A stretch of 64,000 bases of DNA from Candidatus Woesearchaeota archaeon (GTDB lineage: Archaea; Nanobdellota; Nanobdellia; Pacearchaeales; GW2011-AR1): positions 1-64,000 of the forward strand of contig CAZETU010000002.1 in the NCBI GenBank assembly GCA_964514585.1, read 5' to 3'. The first letter of the stretch is position 1; every line of letters starts with the position of its first letter. Both the position numbers and the translations under genes were made by a program. Positions 36,596 through 46,176 of the stretch are shown piece after piece. Below the pieces are notes generated by a model. The model ran no database searches and was not told the DNA's origin. It was given only the letters and a program-made list of their open reading frames with translations.

Positions 36596-37876
36596 ATGAA
36601 TAAGAGAGGGATATCTGCGATTGTTGCCGTGGTATTGCTTATTTTAATTGTTGTTATAGCGATAGGAGTTCTTTGGTTTTTTATTCTTCCCTTGTTATCT
36701 TTTGATTTTGATTTTGCGAAAATAAGTTTGCTTACAGGTGAGGGGTTTACTTCATACGATTCTATCCATCATGTTTCTTCGATTCAGGTGAAGCGCGGAA
36801 TTGATGAAACTGATTTATCTGGGTTAGAGTTTGTTTTTTCTCTTAATGGAAGTTCTTATACCTATCGTACTTTTTTGACTCCTAATTCTAATATTAAGAA
36901 AGTTTATTATTTTAATTTTTGTAAAGATAATATATTTGGTTTGCCCGAGAGAGTTAGTGTCGCTCCCGTTTATAAAAAAGGGAGGATGGAAAAATTGGGT
37001 AGTATTGTAAGCAGTGATGATATTCCTTTTGGTGATTTTAATCTTGATGGTTTGAATTATTTGGATTCTTTTTCTAATGTTTTGAAAAGTTCCGATTCGC
37101 CCGAAATTAATTTTCCCTCAAAGGAGAATGTTGTTTCTTATTGGAATTTTGAAAACGGAGGGGAGGATCTTTTCGGTGTTAATAATGGTAGGGTTTATGG
37201 GACTGGAGACCTTTCGTTTGAATCTGGTGCGATTGGAAGTTGTAAGTCTGTTGATTTTGGAAGTGGAGGGTTTGTTGTTTCTAATGATTCGATTGATAAT
37301 GGGATGGGGCAAGGAGCGGGCACTGTTTCTGTTTGGTTTAGAAGAGATGGCTATAGTGCTGCTCCTAATAATAGAAATTATATTTTTGCTATGTTTAATT
37401 GGTCGTGTTGGTGGGATGATCCTTCATGTCCTTCTGGAAGTGATAATGTGATTAACAGAGCTTATATTTATTTTAATGATAATAATGATGGACTTGGATG
37501 TGTTGTGGGGGGTGGTTGGAATGATGATTTAGCTTCAGTCCCTTTGAATGAATGGCATATGGTCACTTTAAGCTGGGGAGCAACTTCTGGAGATTTGTTG
37601 GATGGTTCTTATTCTTGTTATCTTGATGGTGCTAAGTTGGGCGATTATGTATATACTGATTTTACTACGCCTAATATTATTAGGTGGGGATCTTGGGCAG
37701 ATGTTCGTGGGGTTGATTCTTCTGGAAAAACTCTTGCAGATAATCCTGCTAATTTTCCCTTGCTTTTTCGGGAATATTTTAATGGAAGAATTGATGAAGG
37801 GGTGATGTTCGATAAGAAATTGACTGATGGAGAAGTTCTTGATTTGTTTTTAGTTTATAACGAAACCGCGAATTGA
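36596..37876 (+). CDS. Pilin-domain adhesin with LamG/concanavalin-like domain
   Basis: NKRG/ISAIVAVV; VSYWNFE...TVSVWF...WHMVTLSW...FNGRIDE. Confidence 0.8.
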   Translation: MNKRGISAIVAVVLLILIVVIAIGVLWFFILPLLSFDFDFAKISLLTGEGFTSYDSIHHVSSIQVKRGIDETDLSGLEFVFSLNGSSYTYRTFLTPNSNIKKVYYFNFCKDNIFGLPERVSVAPVYKKGRMEKLGSIVSSDDIPFGDFNLDGLNYLDSFSNVLKSSDSPEINFPSKENVVSYWNFENGGEDLFGVNNGRVYGTGDLSFESGAIGSCKSVDFGSGGFVVSNDSIDNGMGQGAGTVSVWFRRDGYSAAPNNRNYIFAMFNWSCWWDDPSCPSGSDNVINRAYIYFNDNNDGLGCVVGGGWNDDLASVPLNEWHMVTLSWGATSGDLLDGSYSCYLDGAKLGDYVYTDFTTPNIIRWGSWADVRGVDSSGKTLADNPANFPLLFREYFNGRIDEGVMFDKKLTDGEVLDLFLVYNETAN

Positions 37877-37933
37877 ATTTAAACGCGTTTTTATTAAGCA
37901 AACCTTTATTAATTTTGAGATTTATGTTATAAT

Positions 37934-38302
37934 ATGCCACATCAATGCGTACACTGTTCGAAGATAATCGAGGTCGGGAGTAAGGAGATACTAGAGGGCT
38001 GTGGGAGCTGCGGTGGTAAGTTTTTTTTCTATATTCGTGATGAGCAGGCTGAAAGGATGAAAGAGTCTCAGGCGGTTCCTATCCCGGAGTTTGATACTGT
38101 TGATAAGAAGAAGGTTGAAGAGGATGTTAGGAGTATTTTGAAGATTGAGGATGAGTCGAAACCGGTGATTTTGGATTTGGAGAGTGTTCGGGTTTTGCAG
38201 CCTGGGAAGTTTGAGATTGATATTGTTTCTTTGATAAATCGGAAGCCGATTGTGTTTAAGTTGGAAGAAGGCAAGTATTTGATTGATATTGAAAGTATGT
38301 AG
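37934..38302 (+). CDS. oapC: Zn-ribbon protein DUF2072 (OapC-like)
   Basis: MPHQCVHC...GCGSCGGKFFFY, ESVRVLQPGKFEIDI. Confidence 0.85.
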   Translation: MPHQCVHCSKIIEVGSKEILEGCGSCGGKFFFYIRDEQAERMKESQAVPIPEFDTVDKKKVEEDVRSILKIEDESKPVILDLESVRVLQPGKFEIDIVSLINRKPIVFKLEEGKYLIDIESM

Positions 38303-38346
38303 TTTATTCTAATTATCTTTAAATAAAGAATTGGTTTTTTGTTTTG

Positions 38347-38982
38347 ATGAGTGGCAAGAGAGGCAGTTTTGATTGGGTTCCTTCTTGGGAACAAGGAGTT
38401 AGGAAAGATGAAAGAAAATTTATGACTCCTGATCAGGCAAGAAAGGCCTATGGAGGGGGTGATAATAATGAAGGGCAATGCTCTTATGTTGATGGAAGAG
38501 ATTCTTTGGAGAGGTCTTTAGGTGATGTTCCCAAGAGAGGTGTTATCGGTGAGAACGATACTCAAAAGATATATAAGATTGCGAGCGCTAATTTGGCTGA
38601 GCGAAGGGAGCAAGGCCTTAAGTGTATTAGTTGGAGGCAAGTTGTAAGTAAGGTTCGTAGTGTGTTGCCTCATTTAGAGAGAGCTCCTCTTTCTGGAATC
38701 AAAAATGCTTATCTTAGTATGAGGTCAGATACTGAAAGATGCGGGGGAAGAGATGGTCGGAAAGAGACTTATTTTACGCCTGAGATGCTTGATTGTTTGT
38801 ATGAAATAGGAACTAAGCATGTTGATCCCGAAAGCTCGAAGGGGAGAGTAAAGTATAGACATTGGGGTGCAATTCGTGCAGAATTTATAAAAAAGTACTT
38901 TTTGGCTGCTCAGGCTAGCATGACAACCTTGAGATCTACTTTTCGTAGAGAACAAGGTAAACGGGAAAAGAAGGGTTTGTAA
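38347..38982 (+). CDS. Hypothetical basic protein (orphan), possibly two Myb/SANT-like trihelical repeats
   Basis: ISWRQVVSKV and FTPEMLDCL...HWGAIRAEF patterns. Confidence 0.5.
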   Translation: MSGKRGSFDWVPSWEQGVRKDERKFMTPDQARKAYGGGDNNEGQCSYVDGRDSLERSLGDVPKRGVIGENDTQKIYKIASANLAERREQGLKCISWRQVVSKVRSVLPHLERAPLSGIKNAYLSMRSDTERCGGRDGRKETYFTPEMLDCLYEIGTKHVDPESSKGRVKYRHWGAIRAEFIKKYFLAAQASMTTLRSTFRREQGKREKKGL

Positions 38983-39015
38983 AGTTTAATAAAGTTATTT
39001 TGTGTTTGTTTTTTC

Positions 39016-40137
39016 ATGAAGAAGGGGATATCGGCGATTGTTGCGACTGTGTTGATAATTTTGATAACTGTTTCTGCGGTGACGATTCTTTGGACGGCGG
39101 TTATCCCGATTGTTAGAGATAGTTTGGAATTTCGGGATTTGGATGCTCGGGTTGAGGTTGCGATGAGTGAGGGTTATACTGCTTATGATGCTTCTAGGGA
39201 AGTTGCGATGGTTCAGGTTAGGAGGTATGCTGATGAGGTTGAGATGAATCGAGTTAAGATTTCTTTTGGTATTGAAGGGAATACTTATTCTAATAATGTT
39301 GTTGCGCCTGAAGCTGGGAACACTAAAGTTTATTCTTTTGATTTGTCGGATTATGGTGTTCCCGATTCTGTTAGTGTTGCTCCGATTTTTGTTTCTTCTA
39401 GTGGGAGTGAGAAGGAGGGAGTTGTGACTTCTGAGGTTTCTTTGACTAGCGGAACAATTAATGATGTTCTTGGTGTTGCTTATGGCGTGGAGGGTGATTC
39501 TGATTTAGGTATTCCTGAGGATGGGTTGATTTCTTCTTGGAGTTTTAGTGGAGATGCTACTGATGGAGTTGGAAGTAATGATTGTACTGTTTATGGGGAT
39601 GGAAACGAATTGGTCGATGGAGTTTTGGTTTTGGATGGTTTTGATGATTATGGGGATTGTGGAAATGCTGTAGATTTGACTTTGCCTGTGGAGCAGACGA
39701 TAAGTGCGTGGATTAGTGTTGAGGGACATCCTTCTGCGTGGGCTCGTTTTGTTGGTAAGGGGGCGATTAATATTAGGAATTATGGATTATGGTTGGCTGC
39801 AGATGGAGATATTTTATATCAGCTTTATGCGGGGGCGTCTTATTCTAATTTTTATAATAATGTTGGAGTGGGGGATGCTATGAATTTCCCGGTTGGCTTA
39901 GGTTGGCATCATGTTGTGGGTGTTTACAGTGGGACGAATGGGAAGGTATATATTGATGGAGTTGAAGCTCATTCAAGTGATGATTCTGTTGTTGGACATA
40001 CTTCCAATGAACCTCTTCTTTTGGGTGGTGGAATTCATGAGTTTTTTCATGGTTCAATGGATAATGTTATGGTTTACAACAGAGTGTTATCTGCGGATGA
40101 GGTTTTGAGTATTTATGAAGCGCAATTGAAAGGTTAA
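39016..40137 (+). CDS. Pilin-domain adhesin with LamG/concanavalin-like domain
   Basis: KKG/ISAIVATV; LISSWSFSG...TISAWI...WHHVVGVY...FHGSMDNVMVYNRVLS. Confidence 0.85.
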   Translation: MKKGISAIVATVLIILITVSAVTILWTAVIPIVRDSLEFRDLDARVEVAMSEGYTAYDASREVAMVQVRRYADEVEMNRVKISFGIEGNTYSNNVVAPEAGNTKVYSFDLSDYGVPDSVSVAPIFVSSSGSEKEGVVTSEVSLTSGTINDVLGVAYGVEGDSDLGIPEDGLISSWSFSGDATDGVGSNDCTVYGDGNELVDGVLVLDGFDDYGDCGNAVDLTLPVEQTISAWISVEGHPSAWARFVGKGAINIRNYGLWLAADGDILYQLYAGASYSNFYNNVGVGDAMNFPVGLGWHHVVGVYSGTNGKVYIDGVEAHSSDDSVVGHTSNEPLLLGGGIHEFFHGSMDNVMVYNRVLSADEVLSIYEAQLKG

Positions 40138-40162
40138 TAAAGTTATTTTATTTTGTGTGATT

Positions 40163-41377
40163 ATGTCTATGAAGAATGTTTTGGCGAATGAGTTGGAGTT
40201 GATTTCCGTTTCGCGGGATGAGGTTTTGGCTTTGGAGAAAGTTGCTCGGGATTTTATTTCTTCTTTGAAGAAGAGGGGTCTTGAGGCTCATGTTGGAGGC
40301 AGTTTGGCGAAGGGGACGCTTGTTAAGAAGGATGTCCAGGACATTGATATTTTTGTTGTTTTTGATTATAGCGAGGATATTTTGAAGTTGGGTGGTGTTT
40401 TGAAAAAGGTTAAGTTGCCTGGGAAATTGAAGAATGTGCATGGGTCGCGGGATTATTTTCAGGTTGATTGTGGGAGTGTTGTTTTGGAGATTATTCCTGT
40501 TGTGAAGAATAAGGATCCGGAGTTGGCGGAGAATGTGACGGATGTTTCGCTTTCGCATGTAAAATATATTAAGAGTGCGACTCGTAAGAATCCTGGAATT
40601 AATGATGAGATAAAGTTGGCGAAGGCGTTTGCTCGAGCTCAGAAGTGTTATGGGGCTGAGAGTTATATTAAGGGGTTTAGTGGTTATTCGTTGGAGGTTT
40701 TGGTTATTCATTATGGGGGATTTGTGAAATTTTTGAAGGGGGTTGGTAAACATAAGGTTGTTGATCCTTTGAAATATTTTCGGGGCGAGAGGGAAGTTTT
40801 GAGTGAGATTAATTCGTCGAAGCTGAATAGTCCGATTGTTTTGGTTGATCCGACTTACAAGTATAGGAATGTTTGTGCGGGTTTGGGGGATGAGACTTTT
40901 GAGAAATTTTTGAAAGTTGCTAAGGCGTTTTTAAAGAATCCGTCTTTGGAGTTTTTTATAATGAAGGATGTTGATATTAGAGGGTTGAAGAATATGAAGG
41001 GAAGATTTGTTGAGGTTGATTTGAAGACTGATCGGCAGGAAGGGGATATTGCTGGGACAAAGATGAGGAAATTTTTTGATTTTTTTGTTAGTGAGTTGGA
41101 GAGGAAGGGACAAAAGGTTTTGAGGAATGAATTTGATTATTCTGGTAAAGGTCAGAAGGCCAAGGGTTATTTGGTTGTCGAGGAGAAAAGTGAGATTGAT
41201 GTTCGGGGGCCGTTGGTTGGGTTGGATGATGCTTTTAAGAATTTTAAGAAATATAAGAAGGGAGTTTTTAAGAAAAAAGGATATTGGTGGTTTAAGGAGA
41301 AAATTTCGGTTGAGAAGGTTTTTGATTTGGTTGAGAAGGTTGAGAAGGAAATGGGTGCTGGTGGGAAATTAGTTTAA
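40163..41377 (+). CDS. cca: Archaeal (class I) CCA-adding enzyme
   Basis: GGSLAKGT...DIDIFV, YGAESYIKGFSGYSLEVLV, LVDPT..RNV. Confidence 0.9.
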   Translation: MSMKNVLANELELISVSRDEVLALEKVARDFISSLKKRGLEAHVGGSLAKGTLVKKDVQDIDIFVVFDYSEDILKLGGVLKKVKLPGKLKNVHGSRDYFQVDCGSVVLEIIPVVKNKDPELAENVTDVSLSHVKYIKSATRKNPGINDEIKLAKAFARAQKCYGAESYIKGFSGYSLEVLVIHYGGFVKFLKGVGKHKVVDPLKYFRGEREVLSEINSSKLNSPIVLVDPTYKYRNVCAGLGDETFEKFLKVAKAFLKNPSLEFFIMKDVDIRGLKNMKGRFVEVDLKTDRQEGDIAGTKMRKFFDFFVSELERKGQKVLRNEFDYSGKGQKAKGYLVVEEKSEIDVRGPLVGLDDAFKNFKKYKKGVFKKKGYWWFKEKISVEKVFDLVEKVEKEMGAGGKLV

Positions 41378-41673
41378 TCTATTTTTTCTAGACCTTTTTG
41401 TAATTCCAGATCTTCTCTTTTTAACTCCAGCTTCTTTCTTGTTAATTCTACATATATTTCTGTTGGTAGTCCATCAATTGCTAAATATGCTCTTCCATTT
41501 GGGGTTTGAATGTAGGTATCATTCGGGTCTGTTGCGTTTGGGTCACCGATAATATTTTGTACTTGGGGTTTATATTTTGCAGTAGAATGTTGTTCGTGAA
41601 TTGCAACGCCACTGAGTGTTATTCCTATTCCTAATAGAAGCCCAGTAAAGCTAGAAATTTCGTTCCTTACCAT
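41374..41673 (-). CDS. Small membrane-anchored hypothetical protein (orphan)
   Basis: N-terminal TM; 99 aa. Confidence 0.55.
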   Translation of the reverse strand: MVRNEISSFTGLLLGIGITLSGVAIHEQHSTAKYKPQVQNIIGDPNATDPNDTYIQTPNGRAYLAIDGLPTEIYVELTRKKLELKREDLELQKGLEKID

Positions 41674-41674
41674 T

Positions 41675-42457
41675 TTAATCTTTCCAGGCGATGTCGAACA
41701 TGTATGCGAGGGATGTTGTGAAGAATGGTGAGTTGATCCATACTCCGTAATCGAAATCCTCGTGGACGTTCGTTGGCTTGATTGTGAAAATGAGTTCTGT
41801 TTTGTCGGCGATGACGAATCTTGCGTGGATAGGACGTGATTTTATTTCTGCTCCGAATTTTTTTGAAAGTTTTCTTGCTTCGTCTTCACCGTCGGCAATC
41901 ATTACTTTAACATCTACTTTTCTTTTCTTTAATTTTACGAAGGCGTCTTTGAACATTTTTTGTTTTGATAAAAGTTCGTAGGATGAAGATGTTAAGTGAA
42001 TTGTCTTTTCCGCGTTTTCCATGACGTTTCGCATTTGGAGATAAAGGTTTGATCGGCCCTTGATAGAAGTTGAAAGTTCGTGGTTTTTGATTGGTTCGAC
42101 GCCGGTTTTGTGGAGTTGTTCTAGTTCTTTGTATTCGGTTGTGTCTTTTAGATTTGATAATGTTTTGATTTTTTCTTCTGCAGAAGTTGTGGTGTTATTC
42201 TTTAATTTTTCGATTACGATTTCTGGCTTTACAGCGATGTATTTTACTGGCTTTCCTAATTTTTGGATTACGAAGCCTCTCTTTTCTAGAGATTCTAATA
42301 CGTCGTAAGTTCTTGATCTTGGGACGCCTGATATTTCTGCGATTTCTCCGGCTGAGCTAATACCTTTGCTAAGTAGGGCGAGCCATACTTTAGTCTCATA
42401 GATATTAAGGTCGAAATACCCTTTCAATTTTCTGATTAATTCTGGTTTTGCTATCAT
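41675..42457 (-). CDS. TrmB-family transcriptional regulator
   Basis: FDLNIYETKVWLALL...SGVPRSRTYDVLESLEKRGF; C-terminal HARFVIAD. Confidence 0.9.
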   Translation of the reverse strand: MIAKPELIRKLKGYFDLNIYETKVWLALLSKGISSAGEIAEISGVPRSRTYDVLESLEKRGFVIQKLGKPVKYIAVKPEIVIEKLKNNTTTSAEEKIKTLSNLKDTTEYKELEQLHKTGVEPIKNHELSTSIKGRSNLYLQMRNVMENAEKTIHLTSSSYELLSKQKMFKDAFVKLKKRKVDVKVMIADGEDEARKLSKKFGAEIKSRPIHARFVIADKTELIFTIKPTNVHEDFDYGVWINSPFFTTSLAYMFDIAWKD

Positions 42458-42567
42458 TTTAGTACTACTTTAGAATAAAAACTTCTTTTATAAACTTTTC
42501 TATTATGTTGTCTTTTAGAAGGAGTTACAATAGGCAGTTTTAAATATTGTTGTTTTATTGTTTTGTT

Positions 42568-43044
42568 ATGAAATTTGAGTATATTTTGGTATACCTGATT
42601 GGTTTTCTTAGTTGCACGTTTTTATTTTATGGGTTTGCTTATTCTGGCACGGAAGTTCCTTTTGCTACTGGGCTTGTTAGTTTTAATGGCGAGGCGCCTT
42701 CGGACTGGATTAGCGAGGACGATATTATTTTATTTGAAGATATGATTATTCTGAATATTGATAATGCTAGTATTTCGAGTTATGCGCCGACTGGGAGTAT
42801 GAAGCCGGTTTTAGATAAGGGTGCTAATGGGATTCGTGTTGTTCCTTCAAGTGAGGATGAAGTCGAGATTGGTGATATTGTTAGTTTTAGATTTAGTGGG
42901 AAATTGGTTATTCATCGTGTTGTTGAGAAGGGAGTTGATGAGGAGGGAGTTTATTTTGTGACGCAAGGGGATAACAATGTTTTGAGTGACGGTAAGATTC
43001 GGTTTGAGGATATCAAGTACGTTACTGTTGGTATACTTTATTAA
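42568..43044 (+). CDS. Signal peptidase I (S26 family)
   Basis: TGSMKPVL, GDIVSF, VIHRVV, TQGDNN. Confidence 0.85.
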   Translation: MKFEYILVYLIGFLSCTFLFYGFAYSGTEVPFATGLVSFNGEAPSDWISEDDIILFEDMIILNIDNASISSYAPTGSMKPVLDKGANGIRVVPSSEDEVEIGDIVSFRFSGKLVIHRVVEKGVDEEGVYFVTQGDNNVLSDGKIRFEDIKYVTVGILY

Positions 43045-44003
43045 ATTCTTAAAATTAATTTTGCGAGTATCATTCCTAAGAAAATTCCTGTTGAGATGTA
43101 TGGCATTGCTGGATATGCTTTTCCTTTTTTTGTTACTGTGAATAAGAAGATTAGTCCTGCTAATGCTCCGAATGTTACAAATAGTGCTGGGATTAATCCA
43201 AATGCTCTCATGAAAACTCCTGCCGTTATTATTGGGAAAATTACGTCGCCTCCTCCAAGGATTGCTAGATTGACTTTGAATTTTTGTTTCTTTATTTTGC
43301 TTGGAATTTTTTTGTTCTTGTATTTCGTTTTAATCTTTTGTATCTTATCTTTTACTTTTTTTGATGTTGATGGGATTAGAAATCCGCCGAATACTTTTAT
43401 TTCTTCCATTTGAAATTTTGCCATTTGTTGCATGATGCCGGATTTCCAGACTGCCCACATGTCGTAGAGCGAGATTAGGATTAGTAATATGATTGCTGAT
43501 AGTGGGGTTAAAATTGGGACGAAGACGGCCGCGATTCCTGGGTAGATTAGAAGTTCAGTTCCGTTGTGGACTATGACGTTTGGTCTGAATATTTTTAGGA
43601 GGGAAAGTGGAATTGCAATTACTAGTGCGATTATCGAAGCGTTTAGTATTGTTGTGTATCCTAGGATTGCGTTTATTGAGATTCCTAGAGCTAGGGCTAC
43701 GACGAAGAAAAACCATAGTCGGATTACGAGCTTCCATTTGTATTTCATTAGAAGGAAAATTACTGCGAAGGCTAGTACGAATGCGAAGATTATTGATAGG
43801 AAATTTGGAGTTGGTTCGTTTTGTGGTGTTTGGAGCCCGAATGGTAATCCGCCGTCTGTTATGATTGTTTCGATTTCTCCTGTTTGTGGGTTGATTATTG
43901 TTGTTTCTTGTGGGGTGTAGGCGTTAACTACGAAGAGTCCGATGAACTGTGTTATGAGGAACATTCCTATTAGAATTAGTGTGATAGATACTTTGTGTTT
44001 CAT
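43041..44003 (-). CDS. Presenilin-family intramembrane aspartyl protease (PSH)
   Basis: SLYDMWAVW (YD), LGGGDVIFP (GxGD), YPAMPY (PAL-like). Confidence 0.9.
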   Translation of the reverse strand: MKHKVSITLILIGMFLITQFIGLFVVNAYTPQETTIINPQTGEIETIITDGGLPFGLQTPQNEPTPNFLSIIFAFVLAFAVIFLLMKYKWKLVIRLWFFFVVALALGISINAILGYTTILNASIIALVIAIPLSLLKIFRPNVIVHNGTELLIYPGIAAVFVPILTPLSAIILLILISLYDMWAVWKSGIMQQMAKFQMEEIKVFGGFLIPSTSKKVKDKIQKIKTKYKNKKIPSKIKKQKFKVNLAILGGGDVIFPIITAGVFMRAFGLIPALFVTFGALAGLIFLFTVTKKGKAYPAMPYISTGIFLGMILAKLILRI

Positions 44004-44083
44004 CCTCTTGTTGTGTTAGGCTTTGTCGGTATATAAATGTTCTTCGTGGAAAAATTTATTAATTGTCGATTATTGATAGTTTT

Positions 44084-44509
44084 ATGAAAGCTTTACTTTT
44101 TCATGCTGAGGAGTATGGGGTTAATTTTCATAGTCTTTCGAATAGGCCTAAGGGAATTTTTCATGAGAAGGTTGATGGGAAAGAGAAGCAGTTTTGTAAG
44201 GATTGCGTTGTGGCGTTTGTGACGGTTGAGAAAGGGGATAATTTTGATAGGACTTCTACGGGTGTGGCTAAAGAGATTAAGAAGATGTGTGATGAGGTTC
44301 GACATGAGAGCGCTGTTATTGTTCCGTTCGCGCATTTGTCGAATAAGCTTTGTGAGCCGAAGAGGGGTTTTGAGATTTTGGAAGAGATTGAGAAGAAATT
44401 AAAGAAAATGAAAGTTGATGTTTTGAGGACGCATTTTGGTTCGAATAAATCTTTGCATTTGGATATTTATGGGCACGCTGGGAATGCTAGGTATCGGGAA
44501 TTTTATTGA
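44084..44509 (+). CDS. Stand-alone archaeal threonyl-tRNA synthetase editing domain
   Basis: MKALLFHAE, AFVTVEKGD, VPFAHLSNKL, HFG..K...GH. Confidence 0.85.
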   Translation: MKALLFHAEEYGVNFHSLSNRPKGIFHEKVDGKEKQFCKDCVVAFVTVEKGDNFDRTSTGVAKEIKKMCDEVRHESAVIVPFAHLSNKLCEPKRGFEILEEIEKKLKKMKVDVLRTHFGSNKSLHLDIYGHAGNARYREFY

Positions 44510-45036
44510 TGGGGTTTGATCTTGAGAAACATAATGCTTTGACTAAGGATGATAAGTCGCATGAGCAAAAATGGGATGAGAAGATTAAGGGGCTTTGTGA
44601 TAAGATAAATTCTAGTGAAGATTATTTTACGACGTCGTCTTGTTCGGGTCGGGTTACTGTGGTTCGGGCTTCAGTTGAGAAGGTTAAAGATGCTTTTGTG
44701 TTTAAGTCGCATGACAAGGCTTGTGTTTCGGACGTTGAGGGGATTTTAGATGATGGACTTTATTTTCGTCAGGAGCCTTGTGCTTTGCATGTTGCTTGTC
44801 GAACTTTGGAAGATGCTCAGAAATTTTTGAATCTGGCTCGGAATTTGGGATGGAAGAAGTCTGGGATTATTTCGTCTGGGAAACGGTTTGTTATTGAGTT
44901 GTTTTCGACTGAGATGATTGTTGTGCCGTTGATGAAAAATATGGATAGAGAATTTTTGGAGTTGGTTGTTAGGGATGCTAATTTGAAATTGGAAAGGACT
45001 TGGGGGAAGATTTTGAGGTTGGAGGAGGAGGCTTGA
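44509..45036 (+). CDS. taw3: tRNA-wybutosine synthesizing protein 3 (Taw3/TYW3)
   Basis: WDEKIKGLCDKINSSEDYFTTSSCSGR, LHVACRTLEDA, ARNLGWKKSG; TGATG overlap with preceding gene. Confidence 0.9.
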   Translation: MGFDLEKHNALTKDDKSHEQKWDEKIKGLCDKINSSEDYFTTSSCSGRVTVVRASVEKVKDAFVFKSHDKACVSDVEGILDDGLYFRQEPCALHVACRTLEDAQKFLNLARNLGWKKSGIISSGKRFVIELFSTEMIVVPLMKNMDREFLELVVRDANLKLERTWGKILRLEEEA

Positions 45037-45095
45037 TTATGGTTGACTTAGATCATTTAAGGAATTTTTAAATAATATATTTACTTTTACTTTTT

Positions 45096-45434
45096 ATGAT
45101 GTTTGATAATAATGATGTGCCAGAAATTCGTGAGGTGCGGATTAAGCAATCGCAGGGACTTTTGAGTTATTTGTCTGAGGAGTTTGGTGATGGGATTGAT
45201 AGAGTTGCGGAAAGAACTGGTGTTGGGCATGATACTTTGAATAGTGTTGATAAAGGGCTGGGGCCTTTGGCAATAGGACAAATGAAAGATATCGCTGAAG
45301 CCTATGGTTTTAGTTTTAGTGAATTATTGGCACTTTCTTTTGATCATGATTTTCCTGATGCGGATAGAAATGATCCTATCTATAAGGGTCTTATGGGGGT
45401 TTTGTTTCATCCGGTGCACTATGGTTGTGATTAA
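45096..45434 (+). CDS. XRE-like HTH protein (orphan insert)
   Basis: IDRVAERTGVGHDTLNSVDKG...QMKDIAEAYGFSFSELL matches the XRE HTH pattern. Confidence 0.55.
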   Translation: MMFDNNDVPEIREVRIKQSQGLLSYLSEEFGDGIDRVAERTGVGHDTLNSVDKGLGPLAIGQMKDIAEAYGFSFSELLALSFDHDFPDADRNDPIYKGLMGVLFHPVHYGCD

Positions 45435-45436
45435 GT

Positions 45437-45480
45437 TTATCTCAACCTAATTGTTTCTAGGTTTTTTGGGACGATTGTCT
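45437..45480 (-). repeat. Duplicated 3' end of aCPSF1 (copy of 46177-46220)
   Basis: 41/44 identical; encodes TIVPKNLETIRLR* with three synonymous changes. Confidence 0.9.
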
Positions 45481-45482
45481 GA

Positions 45483-45530
45483 GAGGCTAATTTGAAATTG
45501 GAGAGGATTCGGAGGAAGGTTTTGAGGTTG
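45483..45530 (+). repeat. Diverged duplicate of taw3 3' end (copy of ~44974-45021)
   Basis: EANLKLERIRRKVLRL vs DANLKLERTWGKILRL; shared GCTAATTTGAAATTGGA and TTTTGAGGTTGG. Confidence 0.8.
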
Positions 45531-45651
45531 GGGAGTCGATTTAGAGAAAGATTGGAAGTTTGAGTTTTGGATGCTACTGTTGTTTTATTAAAGTAACTTA
45601 ATAGTGGTAACTAATCGAAAAGTTTATAAATAGATATTTGTATTTTATATT

Positions 45652-46122
45652 ATGACAAATCAAAGTAAAGTTAATGATCCAAGGATGTGGATGAAATGGA
45701 AAAATTCTGGGGCGGTTGGGACTATCGAAGATGCAATTTTAACAGTGATGCAAAGAGACAGGGTGCAAAGATTTGAACGTGTTAATGAGCGTGAAAACTC
45801 AGATATGCATTCTTCTGACTATGTTCATTATGTTTTTCAAATTGAAAGTGTTCCAGGGGTTGGGCGAGTAGTTTTTAGACAAGGTGGTACAGCAGCGACT
45901 TATTCTTCAGAAGAAGGACCATATTGTGAAAAATTTACTTCTGCAGATGCAAATGTTGCCGGAATTGCAATCCCAAAAACACGAAAAGTAAATTATGATG
46001 GAAATGGGTTTATTCCTATTTCATTGTTTGATGAAAGAAAAGATGCGGGGTTGATTGAAAAAGTGCAAGCATTTCTAAAAAAAGAAAAAGGTGTTACTGG
46101 AACGATTGCGTTTCAGACTTAA
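45652..46122 (+). CDS. Hypothetical protein (orphan insert)
   Basis: 156-aa ORF, A-rich codon usage, own GAAAAGTTTATAAA promoter. Confidence 0.6.
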   Translation: MTNQSKVNDPRMWMKWKNSGAVGTIEDAILTVMQRDRVQRFERVNERENSDMHSSDYVHYVFQIESVPGVGRVVFRQGGTAATYSSEEGPYCEKFTSADANVAGIAIPKTRKVNYDGNGFIPISLFDERKDAGLIEKVQAFLKKEKGVTGTIAFQT

Positions 46123-46176
46123 TGATTTGATATTTGAATCGGGAACACCAATGGACTATATGTAATAAATGCTGAT

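Noticed and set aside
45096-46122. XRE HTH plus orphan as a toxin-antitoxin pair
   Set aside because: The genes are separated by the duplicated core-gene junction and have separate promoters, and gene B has no toxin motif I can recognise.
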